Assembly (NCBI GenBank): GCA_964187785.1 | Contig: OZ076409.1 | Location: 70,744,001-70,808,000, forward strand | DNA: 64,000 nt | From: Amphiscolops sp. MND2022 | Lineage: Eukaryota | Direction of reading: 5' to 3' | Shown here: positions 24,701 to 39,199 of the stretch, piece after piece | How positions within the stretch are numbered: position 1 is the first letter of the stretch | How the letters are laid out: each line of letters begins with the position of its first letter | The notes under the pieces: generated by a model | Told to the model about the DNA's origin: nothing | Seen by the model: the letters and a program-made list of their open reading frames with translations, nothing else | The model's database searches: none | Position numbers and translations under genes: made by a program

Positions 24701-27700
24701 TTAGGGTACAAATGATTAGAATTTTATGGAAAAAAGTACCTGGTCGGTGTTTCAACGGCTTGCAGTAGTGAACATAGTCATGAAACCTTGTGGGGGGTAA
24801 CGGTATATAGCACCGGAAGTCCAAACCGTTGGAGACAGGATAGATATTTTGGTTTTATAATGCCTATAAGCGTACTTTTGTGGGTTGAATCGTTTCAATA
24901 TCGACTAATTTGGATATTTTTTTGACATTGAAGGTTTTTTCAATAGTTTCAGGGACCTCCAATGCTTCAATCAACATAACCGTTACCTTATGATAGCCTT
25001 TCAAGTTGGCCTGGTGTCAACTTGGAAGGGCTATCCTTCGAAAATCGTAATTCAAGTGTGTTTTTGAGTACGTTTTCATTACTTTAATATCAATTAGAGC
25101 CTAATCTTTAGTTTGCCAACGACAAAAACTATGACGTGATGATACCGTTAGTAGAAGAATAGTTAACAATTTGTTGACAAAATTGATTTTTTGCATTTTA
25201 AATGTTTCCTAAATGCCAGGAAAACAATTTATCTAATGAATGGTACTGATTGAACCCAAGTATCATTTGAAAAAAAGTTAAACATTGTTTTTTCGTTTCA
25301 TTATGGAAGCTGAAACCTCACGTTTTAGGTCACTTAACGTCAACGCCACATACTTTACATCAACGCCCACCGTCTGTGGGCATGCCGAGGCATGCCCTTC
25401 GACGACGTATACCAATTACATATATATCTACACCCACCCGCGGTAGCAGCTAGGTGCGGGGGGGAAACCCCAACAAAATTTTTGGAGGATTCGGGTAGGG
25501 TCCTGAATCCGAGTTCAGTGCTGCCAGCTTTCGTTAAGAAAATTTGGATAGGATTCGGGATCTCGTGATCTAACCATAGGATTTTAAAGTTGGAGCGGCC
25601 CCCACCAGATTTTCCGAAAATTAGCGCCCCCCACCGGGTTCCATACCCCGGAAAATTTTTTTCTGGCCACACGGGCGACCGTTAGGGGGTCATTTTAGGG
25701 GTAAAATTCATATTGGGCCACATAACTTTTTTTCTGTTGATTTAAAACTTTGGGACCCTGCTAAAAGTTTCTTGACCGTGTTGCAGGGGCCCCGGAGGTC
25801 CAAACCAAATTTTTCTATCTTGAAGCTATCTCCAAGTACCCCCCCGCCCAAAACGTTATTTTTCCGGAAACGCAGGTTTTTGACCCGGAAGGAGTCGTCG
25901 GAGCGCGGGGTCGTTAGGTGATGTATTGGGGACGGCCCTGAGACGAAGTGGGGGACATGCAGTTTGCCAACCCCAGTTTACCCCCCGGACGGGAAATGAC
26001 CGTTATATGAGCGGGAAAAATGCCCCCCTCCACGTTTTACCGCTATTTCCGGTGTGAAGGAGTGGAAGTAGCGCGTCGGGTGCCATATATCAAAAGTAGG
26101 TTTAGACAAGGACCTATCGGAAACATGTGGTTTGGGACCCCCTGGACCAACCCGTTAGCGGGAAATGGGGCTTCCGCCTCCTTTTTTTACGGTTAAAAAC
26201 GGAAAATGGGCATTGAGGGGTAAATATCTCGTGAACGCGTGGAGCAATCGTGTCCTTCACTACTACAAGGTTTCATACCCATGATATGGTGCCTTCAGGG
26301 GGGCAAACAGATTTCCGCTATCTATCACCGTTACCGACTTGGCCCCCCAGCCTAACCGCTATGTGACCGGAAATGTCACTTTTTAAGCCCAAAGGGTCGG
26401 TCCCAGCCAGGGAACGTTAGGTAACTTATTGTAGTACTCATTGAGACGAGTTGGGGGACATAGTTTCAGTCACCCCCCGTTACCCCTTAGGACCGGAAAT
26501 GACCGTTATGTGGGTAAAGTTGCAATTTTTGTACTTTTTGAAGGGCAATTAGGTGCTGAAGGAGTGGTAATAGGTGCTTGGACACTATATGATGGAAGGG
26601 AGGACGTGAGGCGAGCGTTCGGAAATAACCGTTATGTTGACCCCAAAGTCCCCCTGGTACCGTAAACGACCGGAAATGGTCAAATTTTGTGTCTATTGGG
26701 TACAAATGTTTGGTATTCTGTAAATAAAAGTATCTATTAGGTGTTTCGACGGTTTGCAGTTGTGAACATAGTCATGAAAACTTGTGGGGGGTAACGGTAT
26801 ATAGCACCGGAAATCCGAACCGTTGGAGACAGGATAGGTTTTTTGCTTTCAAAATGCCTATAAGCGTATTTTTGTAGGTTGAATTGTCATAATATTGACT
26901 ATTTTGGATGTTTTTCTGACATTAAATGTATTTCCGATAGTTTCAGGGACCTCCTTTGCTTCAATCAACTTAACCGTTACCTTATGATAGCCTTTCAAGT
27001 TGCCCTCGTGTCAACTTGGAAGGGCTATCCTTCAAAAATCGTGAATCAAGTGTGTTTTTGAGTGAGTTTTTATTACTTTAGTATCAATTAGATCTTAATA
27101 ATCAAATTGTTAACGACAAAAACTATGTCGTGATGATACCGTTAGTAGCAGAATAGTTAACAACTAGTTGATAAAGTTGATTTTTTGCCTTTTAAATGTT
27201 TCCTAGAAGTCAGGAAAACAATTTACCTCATAAATGGTACTGATTGAACCCAAGTAACAGCTGAAAAAAAGTTGAACATTATTTTTTCGTTTCATTATGG
27301 AAGCAAAAACCTCACTTATTAGTTTCATTAACGTCAACGCCACATACTTTACATCAACGCCCACCGTCTGTGGGCATGCCGAGGCATGCCCTTCGACGAC
27401 GTATACCAAATACATACCTAACGACGCCCGTACATCCCGGGCTAGGTGCGGGGGGGTAACCCCAACTTTTTTCTTGGAGGAATCGGGTAGGGTCCTGATT
27501 CCGAGTTCAGTGCCGCCAGCTATCGTTAAAAACCTATACCTTTTAAACCCGATCTCGAGAACTAACCACGCCCCTTCTTTAATTTTTTGGCCCCCACTCA
27601 CTTTTTGATAGTAGATCGCCCCCCACTGGGTTCCAAGTTGGGCAAAAATGGAGGTCATGGGTAACGGGGACCGTTAAGGGGTAACTCAGGGGGTAAAATT

Positions 27701-30700
27701 TATTTTTTGCGTCATATCTTTTCCCCCCGTGGATTTAGCGCTTCCGGTCAGCAGACAAAACCTCATGTACGTGATACGGGGCCTCCATAGGTCCAAACAA
27801 AATTTTTCTATCATGCACCGTTACGGACTTGGCCCCCCGGCCCAACCGTTATTTTACCGGAAATTGCACTTTTTGACCGGGAAGGAGTCGTCTGAGCACG
27901 GAGTCGTTTGGTAATGTTTTGTAGTGTATCTGGAGACGTGTTGGGGGACATGTAGTTTGCCGGCCCCAGTTTACCCCCCGGACGGGAAATGACCGTTATG
28001 TGAGTTTTAAAATTACCCCCCTTCAATTTTCCCCGTTATTTCCGGTGTGAAGGAGTGGGAGTAGCGCGTCGGGTGCCATATATCAAAAGTAGGTTTAGAC
28101 GAGGACCAACCGGAAACATGTGGTTTGGGACCCCCTGACCCAACCCGTTAGCCGTTATAAGGGTGATCGCCTCCTTTTTTTACACTCAAAACCGGAAAAC
28201 GGGTATTGAGGGGTAAATATCTCGTGAACGCGTGGAGCAATCGTGTCCATCACTACTACAAGGTTTCATACCCATGATATGGTGCCTTCAGGGGGGCAAA
28301 CAGATTACCGCTATCTATCACCGTTACGGACTTGGCCCCCCAGCCCAACCGCTATGTGACCGGAAATGTCACTTTTTGAGCCCAAAGGGTCGGTCCCAGC
28401 CTGGGAACGTTAGGTAACTTATTGTAGTACTCATTGAGACGAGTTGGGGGACATAGTTTCAGTCACCCCCCGTTACCCCTTAGGACCGGAAATGACCGTT
28501 ATGTGGGTAAATTGCCATTTTTGTACAATTTGGAGGGCATTTAGATGCGGAAGGAGTGGTAATAGGTGCTTGGACACTATATGATGTAGAAGAGGACGTG
28601 ATGCGAGCATTCGAAACTAACCGTTATGTTGACCCCTAAGTCCCCCTGGTACCGTAAATGACCGGAAATGGTCTAATTTTGTGTTTATTGGGTACAAATG
28701 TTTGGTATTTTATGGATTAAAGTACATGGAAGGTGTTTCAAAGGCCTCCAGAAGTGAACATCGTCATGAAACCTTGTGGGGGGTAACGGTATATAACACC
28801 GGAAGTCCAAACTGTTGGCCACAGAATAGGTTTTTTGGTTTCAAAATGTCTTTAGGCGTAGTTTTATGGGTTGAATCGTCATAATATCAACTATTACGGA
28901 CTTTTTTCGGAAATAAAATTTTTTCACATTAGTTTCAGAGACCTCCAATGCTTCAGTCAACATAACCGTTACATTTTGATAGCCTTTCAAGTTGGCCTGG
29001 TGTCAACTTGGAAGGGCTATCCTTCTAAAATCGTTAATCAAGAGTGTTTTTGGGTAGGTATATGTTGCATTAGTACCAATTAGAGCTTCATCAACAGTTT
29101 GCCAACGGCAAAAACGATGTCGTGATAATTCCGTTATAAGAATATTAATTAACAAATTGTTTACAAAGTTGATTTTTTCCATTCGAAATGTGTCCTAATG
29201 CCACCAAATTGAATAAAATAATAAATGGTATTGACTAAAACTAAATAACATTGAAAAAGAAGATCAACATTTTTAATAGGTCTCATTATGGAAGCTGAAA
29301 CCTCACGTTTTAACTTAATTAACGTCAACGCCACATATTTTTCATCAACGTCCACCGTCTGTGGGCATGCCGAGGCATGCCCTTCGACGACGTATACCAA
29401 ACAAACTCCATATCTACTCCCGATTGCGGTAGCAGCTAGGTGCGGGGGGGTAACCCCTACAAAGATATTGGAGGATTCGGGTAGGGTCCTGAATCCGAGT
29501 TCAGTGCTGCCAGCTATCGTTAGGGATTTTAGAAAATTTTGCCGATCTCGTGATCTAACCGTAGGATTTTAAAGTTGGAGCGGCCCCCACCAGATTTTCC
29601 AAAGTTATTCGCCCCCCACCGGGTTCCAGCGTGATTGAAATATTTTGTCGGGGTACACGGGCGACCGTTAGGGGTCATTTTGGGGGTAAAATTTATATCC
29701 GGTCGCATAACTTTTTTCCTGTTGGTTTAAAACTTTGGGACCCTGCTAAAAGTTTCTTGACCTTGTTGCAGTGGCTCCGGAGGTCCAAACCAAATTTTTC
29801 TATCTTGAAGCTATCTCCAAGTACCCCCCCGCCCAAACCGTTATTTTTCCGGAAACGCAGGTTTTTGACCCGGAAGGAGTCGTCTGAGCGCGGGGTCGTT
29901 AGGTGATGTATTGGGGACGGCCTTGAGACGAAGCGGGGGACATGTAGTTTGCCGACCCCAGTTTACCCCCCGGACGGGAAATGACCGTTATATGAGCGGG
30001 AAAAAAGCCCCCCTCCACGTTTTACCGCTATTTCCGGTGTGAAGGAGTGGGAGTAGCGCGTCGGGTGTTATATAACAAAAGTAGGTTTAGACAAGGACCT
30101 ATCGGAAACATGTAGTTTGGGACCCCCTGGACCAACCCGTTAGCGGGAAATGGGGCTTCCGCCTCCTTTTTTTACTGCTAAAACCGTAAAATGGGCATTG
30201 AGGGGTAAATATCTCGTGAACGCGTGGAGCAATCGTGTCCATCACTACTACAAGGTTTCATACCCATGATATGGTGCCTTCAGGGGGGCAAACAGATTAC
30301 CGCTATCTATCACCGTTACCGACTTGGCCCCCCAGCCTAACCGCTATGTGACCGGAAATTGCACTTTTTGAGCCCAAAGGGTCGATCCTAGCCGGGCAAC
30401 GTTAGGTAACATATTGTGGTACTCATTGAAACGAGTCGGGGGACATAGTTTCAGTCACCCCCCGTTACCCCTTAGGACCGGAAATGACCGTTATGAGGGT
30501 AAAATTGCAATTTTTATACATTTTGAAGGGCATTTAGGTGCGGAAGGAATGGTAATAGGTGCTTGGACACTATATGATGTAATGGAGGTCGTGAGGAGAG
30601 CATTCGGAAGTAACCGTTACGTTGACCCCAAAGTCCCCCTGGTACCGTTAACAACCGGAAATGGCCAAATTTTGTGTTTATAGGGTACAAATGTTTGGTA

Positions 30701-33700
30701 TTTTATGGATAAAAGTACCTGGAAGGTGTTTTAAAGGCCTCCAGAAGTGAACATAGTCATGAAACTTTGTGGGGGGTAACGGTATATAGCACCGGAAGTC
30801 CAAACCGTTAGTTACAGAATAGGTTTTTTGGTTTCAAAATGTCTTTAGGCATAGTTTTGTGGGTTGAATCGTCATAATATCAACTAATACGGACTTTTTT
30901 CGGAAATAAAATTTTTTCACATTAGTTTCAGGGACCTCCAATGCTTCAGTCAACATAACCGTTACATTTTGATAGCCTTTCAAGTTGACCTCGTGTCAAC
31001 TTGGAAGGGCTATCCTTCTAAAATCGTTAATCAAGAGTGTTTTTGGGTAGGTATATGTTGCATTAGTACCAATTAGAGCTTCATCAACAGTTTGCCAACG
31101 GCAAAAACGATGTCGTGATAATTCCGTTATAAAAATATTAGTTAACAAATTGTTTTCAAAGTTGATTTTTTCCATTAAAAATGTGTCCTAATGCCACCAA
31201 ATTGAATAAAATAATAAATGGTATTGACTAAAACTAAATAACAATGAAAAAGAAGATCAACATTTTTATTAGGTCTCATTATGGAAGCTGAAACCTCACG
31301 TTTTAGTTTAATTAACGTCAACGCCACATACTTTACATCAACGCCCACCGTCTGTGGGCATGCCGAGGCATGCCCTTCGACGACGTATACCAAACAACCT
31401 CCATATCTACACCCACCCGCGGTGGCAGCTAGGTGCGGGGGGGTAACCCCTACAAAGATATTGGAGGATTCGGGTAGGGTCCTGAATCCGAGTTCAGTGC
31501 TGCCAGCTATCGTTAAGGGATTTTAGAAAATTTTGCCGATCTCGTGATCTAACCGTAGGATTTTAAAGTTGGAGCGGCCCCCACCAGATTTTCCAAAGTT
31601 ATTCGCCCCCCACCGGGTTCCAGCGTGATTGAAATAATTTGTCGGGGTACACGGGCGACCGTTAGGGGTCATTTTGGGGGTAAAATTTATATCCGGTTGC
31701 ATAACTTTTTTCCTGTTGGTTTAAAACTTTGGGACCCTGCTAAAAGTTTCTTGACCTTGTTGCAGTGGCTCCGGAGGTCCAAACCAAATTTTTCTATCTT
31801 GAAGCTATCTCCAAGTACCCCCCCGCCCAAACCGTTATTTTTCCGGAAACGCAGGTTTTTGACCCGGAAGGAGTCGTCTGAGCGCGGGGTCGTTAGGTGA
31901 TGTATTGGGGACGGCCTTGAGACGAAGCGGGGGACATGTAGTTTGCCGACCCCAGTTCACCCCCCGGACGGGAAATGACCGTTATATGAGCGGAAAAAAT
32001 GCCCCCCTCCACGTTTTACCGCTATTTCCGGTGTGAAGGAGTGGGAGTAGCGCGTCGGGTGTTATATAACAAAAGTAGGTTTAGACAAGGACCTATCGGA
32101 AACATGTAGTTTGGGACCCCCTGGACCAACCCGTTAGCGGGAAATGGGGCTTCCGCCTCCTTTTTTTACTGCTAAAACCGTAAAATGGGCATTGAGGGGT
32201 AAATATCTCGTGAACGCGTGGAGCAATCGTGTCCATCACTACTACAAGGTTTCATACCCATGATATGGTGCCTTCAGGGGGGCAAACAGATTTCCGCTAT
32301 CTATCGCCGTTACCGACTTGGCCCCCCAGCCTAACCGCTATGTGACCGGAAATGTCACTTTTTGAGCCCAAAGGGTCGGTCCCAGCCGGGGAACGTTAGG
32401 TAACTTATTGTAGTACTCAATGAGACGAGTTGGGGGATATAGTTTCAGTCACCCCCCGTTACCCCTTGGGACCGGAAATGACCGTTATGTGGGTAAATTT
32501 GCATTTTTTGTACTTTTTGAAGGGCATTTAGATGCGGAAGGATTGGTAATAGGTGCTTGGACACTATATGAGGTAAGGGAGGACGTGAGGCGAGCATTCG
32601 GAAATAACCGTTATGTTGACCCTAAAGTCTCCCTGGTACCGGAAGTGACCCGTAATGGTCAAATGTCGTGTTTTTAGGGTACAAATGTTCGGTGTTTTAT
32701 GGATTAAAGTACAGGTTAGGTGTTTTCACGGTCTGCAGTAGTGAACATAGTCATGAAACCTTGTGGGGGGTAACGGTATGTAGCACCGGAAGTCCAAACC
32801 GTTGGAGACAGGATAAGTTTTTTGGTTTTAAAATGTCTTTCGGCCTACTTTTGTCGACTATTATGGACTATTTTTGGAAAATAAAGTTTTTCCAAATAGT
32901 TTCAGAGACTCCGAAACCTCAACCAACATAACCGTTACCTTATGATAGCCTTTCAAGTTGGCCTGGTGTCAACTTGGAAGGGCTATCCTTCAAAAATCAT
33001 TAATCAAGTGTGTTTTTGAGTTTGTTTGTATTACTTTAGAATCAATTAGAGCTTCAAGAAAAGATTGCCAACGACAAAAACTATGTCGTGATGATTCCGT
33101 TATTGGAATAATAGTTAACAAAATATTGATAAAGTTGATTTTTTACATTTTAAATGTGTTCTAAATGCCAGAAAACCTCTTTACCAAACAAATGGAAATG
33201 ATTGAATTGTATATAGAAGCTAATAAAAGTTCAAATTGAATATTACATTTCATTATGCAAGCTGAAACTTCAAATTATAGTTTAATTAACGTCAACGCCA
33301 CATACTATACATCAACGCCCACCGTCCGTAGGCATGCCGAGGCATGCCTTTCGACGACGTATACCAAATTCCACCCACACAACACCCTCGAGCGCGGTAG
33401 CAGCTAGGTGCGGGGGGGAAACCCCAACAAAATTTTTGGAGGATTCGGGTAGGGTCCTGAATCCGAGTTCAGTGCTGCCAGCTTTCGTTAAGAAAATTTG
33501 GATAGGATTCGGGATCTCGTGATCTAACCATAGGATTTTAAAGTTGGAGCGGCCCCCACCAGATTTTCCGAAAATTAGCGCCCCCCACCGGGTTCCATAC
33601 CCCGGAAAATTTTTTTCTGGCCACACGGGCGACCGTTAGGGGGTCATTTTAGGGGTAAAATTCATATTGGGCCACATAACTTTTTTTCTGTTGATTTAAA

Positions 33701-35377
33701 ACTTTGGGACCCTGCTAAAAGTTTCTTGACCGTGTTGCAGGGGCCCCGGAGGTCCAAACCAAATTTTTCTATCTTGAAGCTATCTCCAAGTACCCCCCCG
33801 CCCAAAACGTTATTTTTCCGGAAACGCAGGTTTTTGACCCGGAAGGAGTCGTCGGAGCGCGGGGTCGTTAGGTGATGTATTGGGGACGGCCTTGAGACGA
33901 AGTGGGGGACATGCAGTTTGCCAACCCCAGTTTACCCCCCGGACGGGAAATGACCGTTATATGAGCGGGAAAAATGCCCCCCTCCACGTTTTACCGCTAT
34001 TTCCGGTGTGAAGGAGTGGGAGTAGCGCGTCGGGTGCCATATATCAAAAGTAGGTTTAGACAAGGATCTATCGGAAACATGTGGTTTGGGACCCCCTGGA
34101 CCAACCCGTTAGCAGAAAATGGGGCTTCCGGCCCGTTTTTACGGTTAAAAACGGAAAATGGGCATTGAGGGGTAAATATCTCGTGAACGCGTGGTGCTAC
34201 GGTGTCCTTCACTACTACAAGGTTTCATACCCATGATATGGTGCCTTCAGGGGGGCAAACAGATTTCCGCTATCTATCACCGTTACGGACTTGGCCCCCC
34301 AGCCTAACCGTTAAGTGACCGGAAATGTCATATTTTGAGCCCAAAGGGTCGGTCCCAGCCAGGGAACGTTAGGTAACTTATTGTAGTACTCATTGAGACG
34401 AGTTGGGGGACATAGTTTCAGTCACCCCCCGTTACCCCTTAGGACCGGAAATGACCGTTATGTGAGTAAAATTGCCATTTTTGTCCTATTTGAAGGGCAT
34501 TTAGATGCGGAAGGAGTGGTAATAGGTGCTTGGACACTATATGAGGTAAGGGAGGACGTGAGGCGAGCATTCAGACATAACCGTTATGTTGACCCTAAAG
34601 TCCCCTTGGTACCGTAAACGACCGGAAATGGTCAAATTTTGTGTCTATTGGGTACAAATGTTTGGTATTTTGTAAATAAAAGTATCTATTAGGTGTTTCA
34701 ACGGTTTGCAGTAGTGAACATAGTCATGAAACCTTGTGGGGGGTAACGGTATATAGCACCGGAAATCCGAACCGTTGGAGACAGGATAGGTTTTTTGGTT
34801 TTAAAATGTCTTTCGGCGTACTTTTGTCGACTATTATGGACTATTTTTATCAATTAAAGTTTTTCCATATAGTTTCAGAGACTCCGAAACTTCAACCAAC
34901 ATAACCGTTACCTTATGATAGCCTTTCAAGTTGGCCTGGTGTCAACTTGGAAGGGCTATCCTTCTAAAATCGTTAATCAAGAGTGTTTTTGGGTAGGTAT
35001 ATATTGCATTAGTACCAATTAGAGCTTCATCAACAGTGTATCAACGACAAAAACTATGTCGTGATGATTCCGTTATCAGAATAATAGTGAGCTAATTGTT
35101 GACAAAAATAATTTTTTCCATTCAAAATGTGTCCTAAATGCCAGGAAACCTATTTTCCTAAAAAATGGTATTGATTGGAATGTATGTAACCTATTTATAA
35201 AAGTTCAAATTGATTATTACGTTTCATTATGGAAGCTGAAACGTAATATTTCAGTTTAATTAACGTCAACGCCACACACTTTACATCAACGCCCACCGTC
35301 TGTGGGCATGCCGAGGCATGCCCTTCGACGACATATACCAAATACATACCTAACGACGCCCGTACATCCCGGGCTAG
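3705..35377 (+). repeat. Run of 16 family A units (1969-1994 bp each)
   Basis: Each unit starts GTGCGGGGGGG(T/A)AACCCC and they are collinear with a ~1.97-1.99 kb period. The same short shadow ORFs recur at this period. Confidence 0.95.
27446..29439 (+). repeat. Divergent family A unit (A', 1994 bp)
   Basis: Collinear with A, but the first ~750 bp carry many substitutions not seen in other copies. The 3' part matches the long A class. Confidence 0.88.
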
Positions 35378-36662
35378 GTGGCCGTGTCTTTTCGACGTGC
35401 TTTTGCCTTGAGGAGTGGGTAGGGCCCCGCGACGACCTAGAAGAATTGGATGCTCACCGAAACGTGCAGAATTCTACGAGATCTCATAGTTTGAGCCATA
35501 CGATTTTTCTGAAATTTGGCATGTGGCCTGGAATTGGTGAGTAGGTAAAACGTGTAGAAGGTAATTTTTCCCAAATTCCACTGTGAGAGGAGATATGGGC
35601 AAATAACGGACCCAAAAATGGGGAAAATGCACTTTTTTCAAGTTTGTCAGCCAATATCTCATTTCCAGGTGCCCGTAGCGTTCCGCACGTGGACGTCAAT
35701 ATTGCTCAGCGCTGTTGGAAGAGTGCGTGGACAAATTTTGGTTTAAATCGGACTTAAACTTGACGAGAAATTAACGGTTTTTTGGGCGTTTCCGGGGTAA
35801 ATTTTTTAACGGTCCAGCTTATCTTTGCCATTTTTTCGAAAATGTACATGCCTAAAGGCCTCCCCCTGGCCGAATTTACTCCCAGCAAACCCATTTGGCC
35901 CTAAATACGGAGTTTCAGCGTTCCAGCATTCCGGGGCGGAAAGTTGTGGGACTTGGAAAAATTTCAAAATTTTTTCAAAAAATTTTTTTCCCGTTTTCCG
36001 GGCCCCCAATGAAGGGGAACGACCCCCCAACCAGTATTTTGAGTGAATTTATGTGAAAAGACCATGTTTGGAGGAGAAAAATGCCGTTTAGAACGTCTTT
36101 TTATCTTAACTTGACATTGACTTATGACGTTTTGAATGTGATGTTAGCAAATATATGAAGCATGTTAAAAGTTGAAGTTTTGAGTCTTTATCTCATCGGA
36201 AAACCATTGAGATACAAGCAGTTTTGCTGAAAACGATTTTCATTGTAGGTTAGCAGAGTATTAGTACACTTTGATGTCGTTTGAGTATTTTTTTTCTTCT
36301 ATATAATAACTGTTTTTATGTATTTATTCCATTTTATCTCATCTTTTAACTTCAAGCAGTTGAGTACATTTCATCTCCCTTTCGGGGGAGATGAGAATGT
36401 ACTCGCTAAAAACCTAATGCTATGGCGCCAATGTTTGGATGGGAAGTTTTTTATGCTTTGAAAAAAGTTATTTTTACTTACTTGATTTTTTAAAACAATA
36501 ATTAACATGAAGTACATTACTTGCTCCTACTACTACCACCATACATCTCTAACGTCAACGCCCCCTGCTTGCATCAACGCCCCATCGTCCGTGGGCATGC
36601 CGAGGCATGCCCTTCGACGACGTATGCCAAATGCCCAGTGCCACGCAGTCTTTCCCCGCTAG
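35378..36662 (+). repeat. Family B unit, subtype B2a (1285 bp)
   Basis: Starts GTGGCCGTGTCTTTTCG and shares the B central block and the GAGTACATT hairpin. Confidence 0.92.
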
Positions 36663-37930
36663 GTGGCCGTGTCTTTTCGACGTGCTTTTGCATTGAGGAG
36701 TGGGTAGGGCCCCGCGACGACCTAGAAGAATTGGATGCTCACCGAAACGTGCAGAATTCTACGAGATCTCATAGTTTGAGCCATACGATTTTTCTGAAAT
36801 TTGGCATGTGGCCTGGAATTGGTGAGTAGGTAAAACGTGTAGAAGGTAATTTTTCCCAAATTCCACTGTGAGAGGAGATATGGGCAAATAACGGTCCCAA
36901 AAATGGCAAAAATGCACTTTTTTCAACTTTGTCAGCCCATATCTCGTTCCCAGGTGCCCGGAGCGGGACGCGTTAAGCTGATTATAAACTCTAGGGTGTT
37001 GAGGCTGTACGGGGAAGTCAGGCCCGTTCCGATCGGACTTGTAGTCTTGGAGAAATAACGGTATTTTTGGGGAACCTTTTCTAACGGTCCAGCTTATCTT
37101 TGCCATTTTTTCGAAAATGTACTCGCCTAAAGGCCTCCCCCTGGCCGAATTTACTCCCAGCAAAACCATTTGGCCCTAAATACGGAGTTTCAGCGTTCCA
37201 GCATTCCCGGGCGAAAAGTTGTGGGACTTGGAAAATTTTCAAAAATTTTCAAAAATTTTTTTTTCGTTTTCCGGGCCCCCAATGAAGGGGAAACGACCCC
37301 CCAACCAGTATTTTGAGTGAATTCATGTGGAAAGCCCTTGTTTTGACGAGAAAAATACCGTTTAGAACATCTTTTTATCTTGACTCAACGTTGACTTATG
37401 ACGTTTTGAATGTGATGTAAGGATGTAGGAGGCATGTGATAAGTTGATGTTTTGAGTCTTTATCTCATATGAAAGCGGTTGAGATGCAAGCTGTCCTGCT
37501 CAAAACGTCTTTCGTTGTAATTTTCCAGTGCACCAATACCCTTTGGTGTCATATAAACATACTTTTTGTCGATATATTAACAATTTTAATGTATTTATTC
37601 CAATTTTTATTATCTTATAACTCAAAACAGTTGAGTACATTTCATCTCCCTTTCGGGGGAGATGTGAATGTACTCGCTAAAGACCTAGCGCCATGACCAA
37701 AAGTTTGAAACCCACGTTTTTTATCTTCTTACAGACTTGTTTTTGTATTTTTTCGGAATTTTTTAAAAATTAATATACTTGAAATACATTACTTGACTTT
37801 ACTACTACAATCCACCTCCAACGTCAACGCCCCCCTGCTTGCATCAACGCCCGCCGTCCGTAGGCATGCCGAGGCATGCCTTTCGACGACGTATGCCAAA
37901 TACCCAATGCCACGCTGTCATTATCGCTAG
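36663..37930 (+). repeat. Family B unit, subtype B2b (1268 bp)
   Basis: Same left arm as B2a, with a different block at ~36960-37080 and a different 3' third. Confidence 0.92.
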
Positions 37931-39199
37931 GTGGCCGTGTCTTTTCGACGTGCTTTTGCATTGAGGAGTGGGTAGGGCCCCGCGACGACCTAGAAGAATT
38001 GGATGCTCACCGAAACGTGCAGAATTCTACGAGATCTCATAGTTTGAGCCATACGATTTTGCTGAAATTTGGCATGTGGCCTGGAATTGGTGAGTAGGTA
38101 AAACGTGTAGGAGGTGATTTTTCCCAAATTCCACTGTGAGACGAGATATGGGCAAATAACGGTCCCAAAAATGGCAAAAATGCACTTTTTTCAACTTTGT
38201 CAGCCCATATCTCGTTCCCAGGTGCCCGGAGCGGGACGCGTTAAGCTGATTATAAACTCTAGGGTGTTGAGGCTGTACGGGGAAGTCAGGCCCGTTCCGA
38301 TCGGACTTGTAGTCTTGGAGAAATAACGGTATTTTTGGGGAACCTTTTCTAACGGTCCAGCTTATCTTTGCCATTTTTTCGAAAATGTACTCGCCTAAAG
38401 GCCTCCCCCTGGCCGAATTTACTCCCAGCAAAACCATTTGGCCCTAAATACGGAGTTTCAGCGTTCCAGCATTCCCGGGCGAAAAGTTGTGGGACTTGGA
38501 AAATTTTCAAAAATTTTCAAAAAATTTTTTTTTCGTTTTCCGGGCCCCCAATGAAGGGGAAACGACCCCCCAACCAGTATTTTGAGTGAATTCATGTGGA
38601 AAGCCCTTGTTTTGACGAGAAAAATACCGTATAGAACATCTTTTTATCTTGACTCAACGTTGACTTATGACGTTTTGAATGTGATGTAAGGATGTAGGAG
38701 GCATGTGATAAGTTGATGTTTTGAGTCTTTATCTCATATGAAAGCGGTTGAGATGCAAGCTGTCCTGCTCAAAACGTCTTTCGTTGTAATTTTCCAGTGC
38801 ACCAATACCCTTTGGTGTCATATGAACATACTTTTTGTCGATATATTAACAATTTTAATGTATTTATTCCAATTTTTATTATCTTATAACTCAAAACAGT
38901 TGAGTACATTTCATCTCCCTTTCGGGGGAGATGAGAATGTACTCGCTAAAGACCTAGCGCCATGACCAAAAGTTTGAAACCCGCGTTTTTTATCTTCTTA
39001 CAGACTTGTTTTTGTATTTTTTCGGAATTTTTTAAAAATTAATATACTTGAAATACATTACTTGACTTTACTACTACAATCCACCTCCAACGTCAACGCC
39101 CCCCTGCTTGCATCAACGCCCACCGTCCGTGGGCATGCCGAGGCATGCCCTTCGACGACGTATGCCAAATGCCCAGTGCCACGCAGTCATTTTCGCTAG
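37931..39199 (+). repeat. Family B unit, subtype B2b (1269 bp)
   Basis: Near-identical to 36663-37930 except for the terminal palindrome allele and tail. Confidence 0.92.

Noticed and set aside
36656..36669. CTCF-like motif CCGCTAGGTGGCCG
   Set aside because: It forms only at some B2/B2 junctions and is not conserved at the majority, so it is probably incidental.
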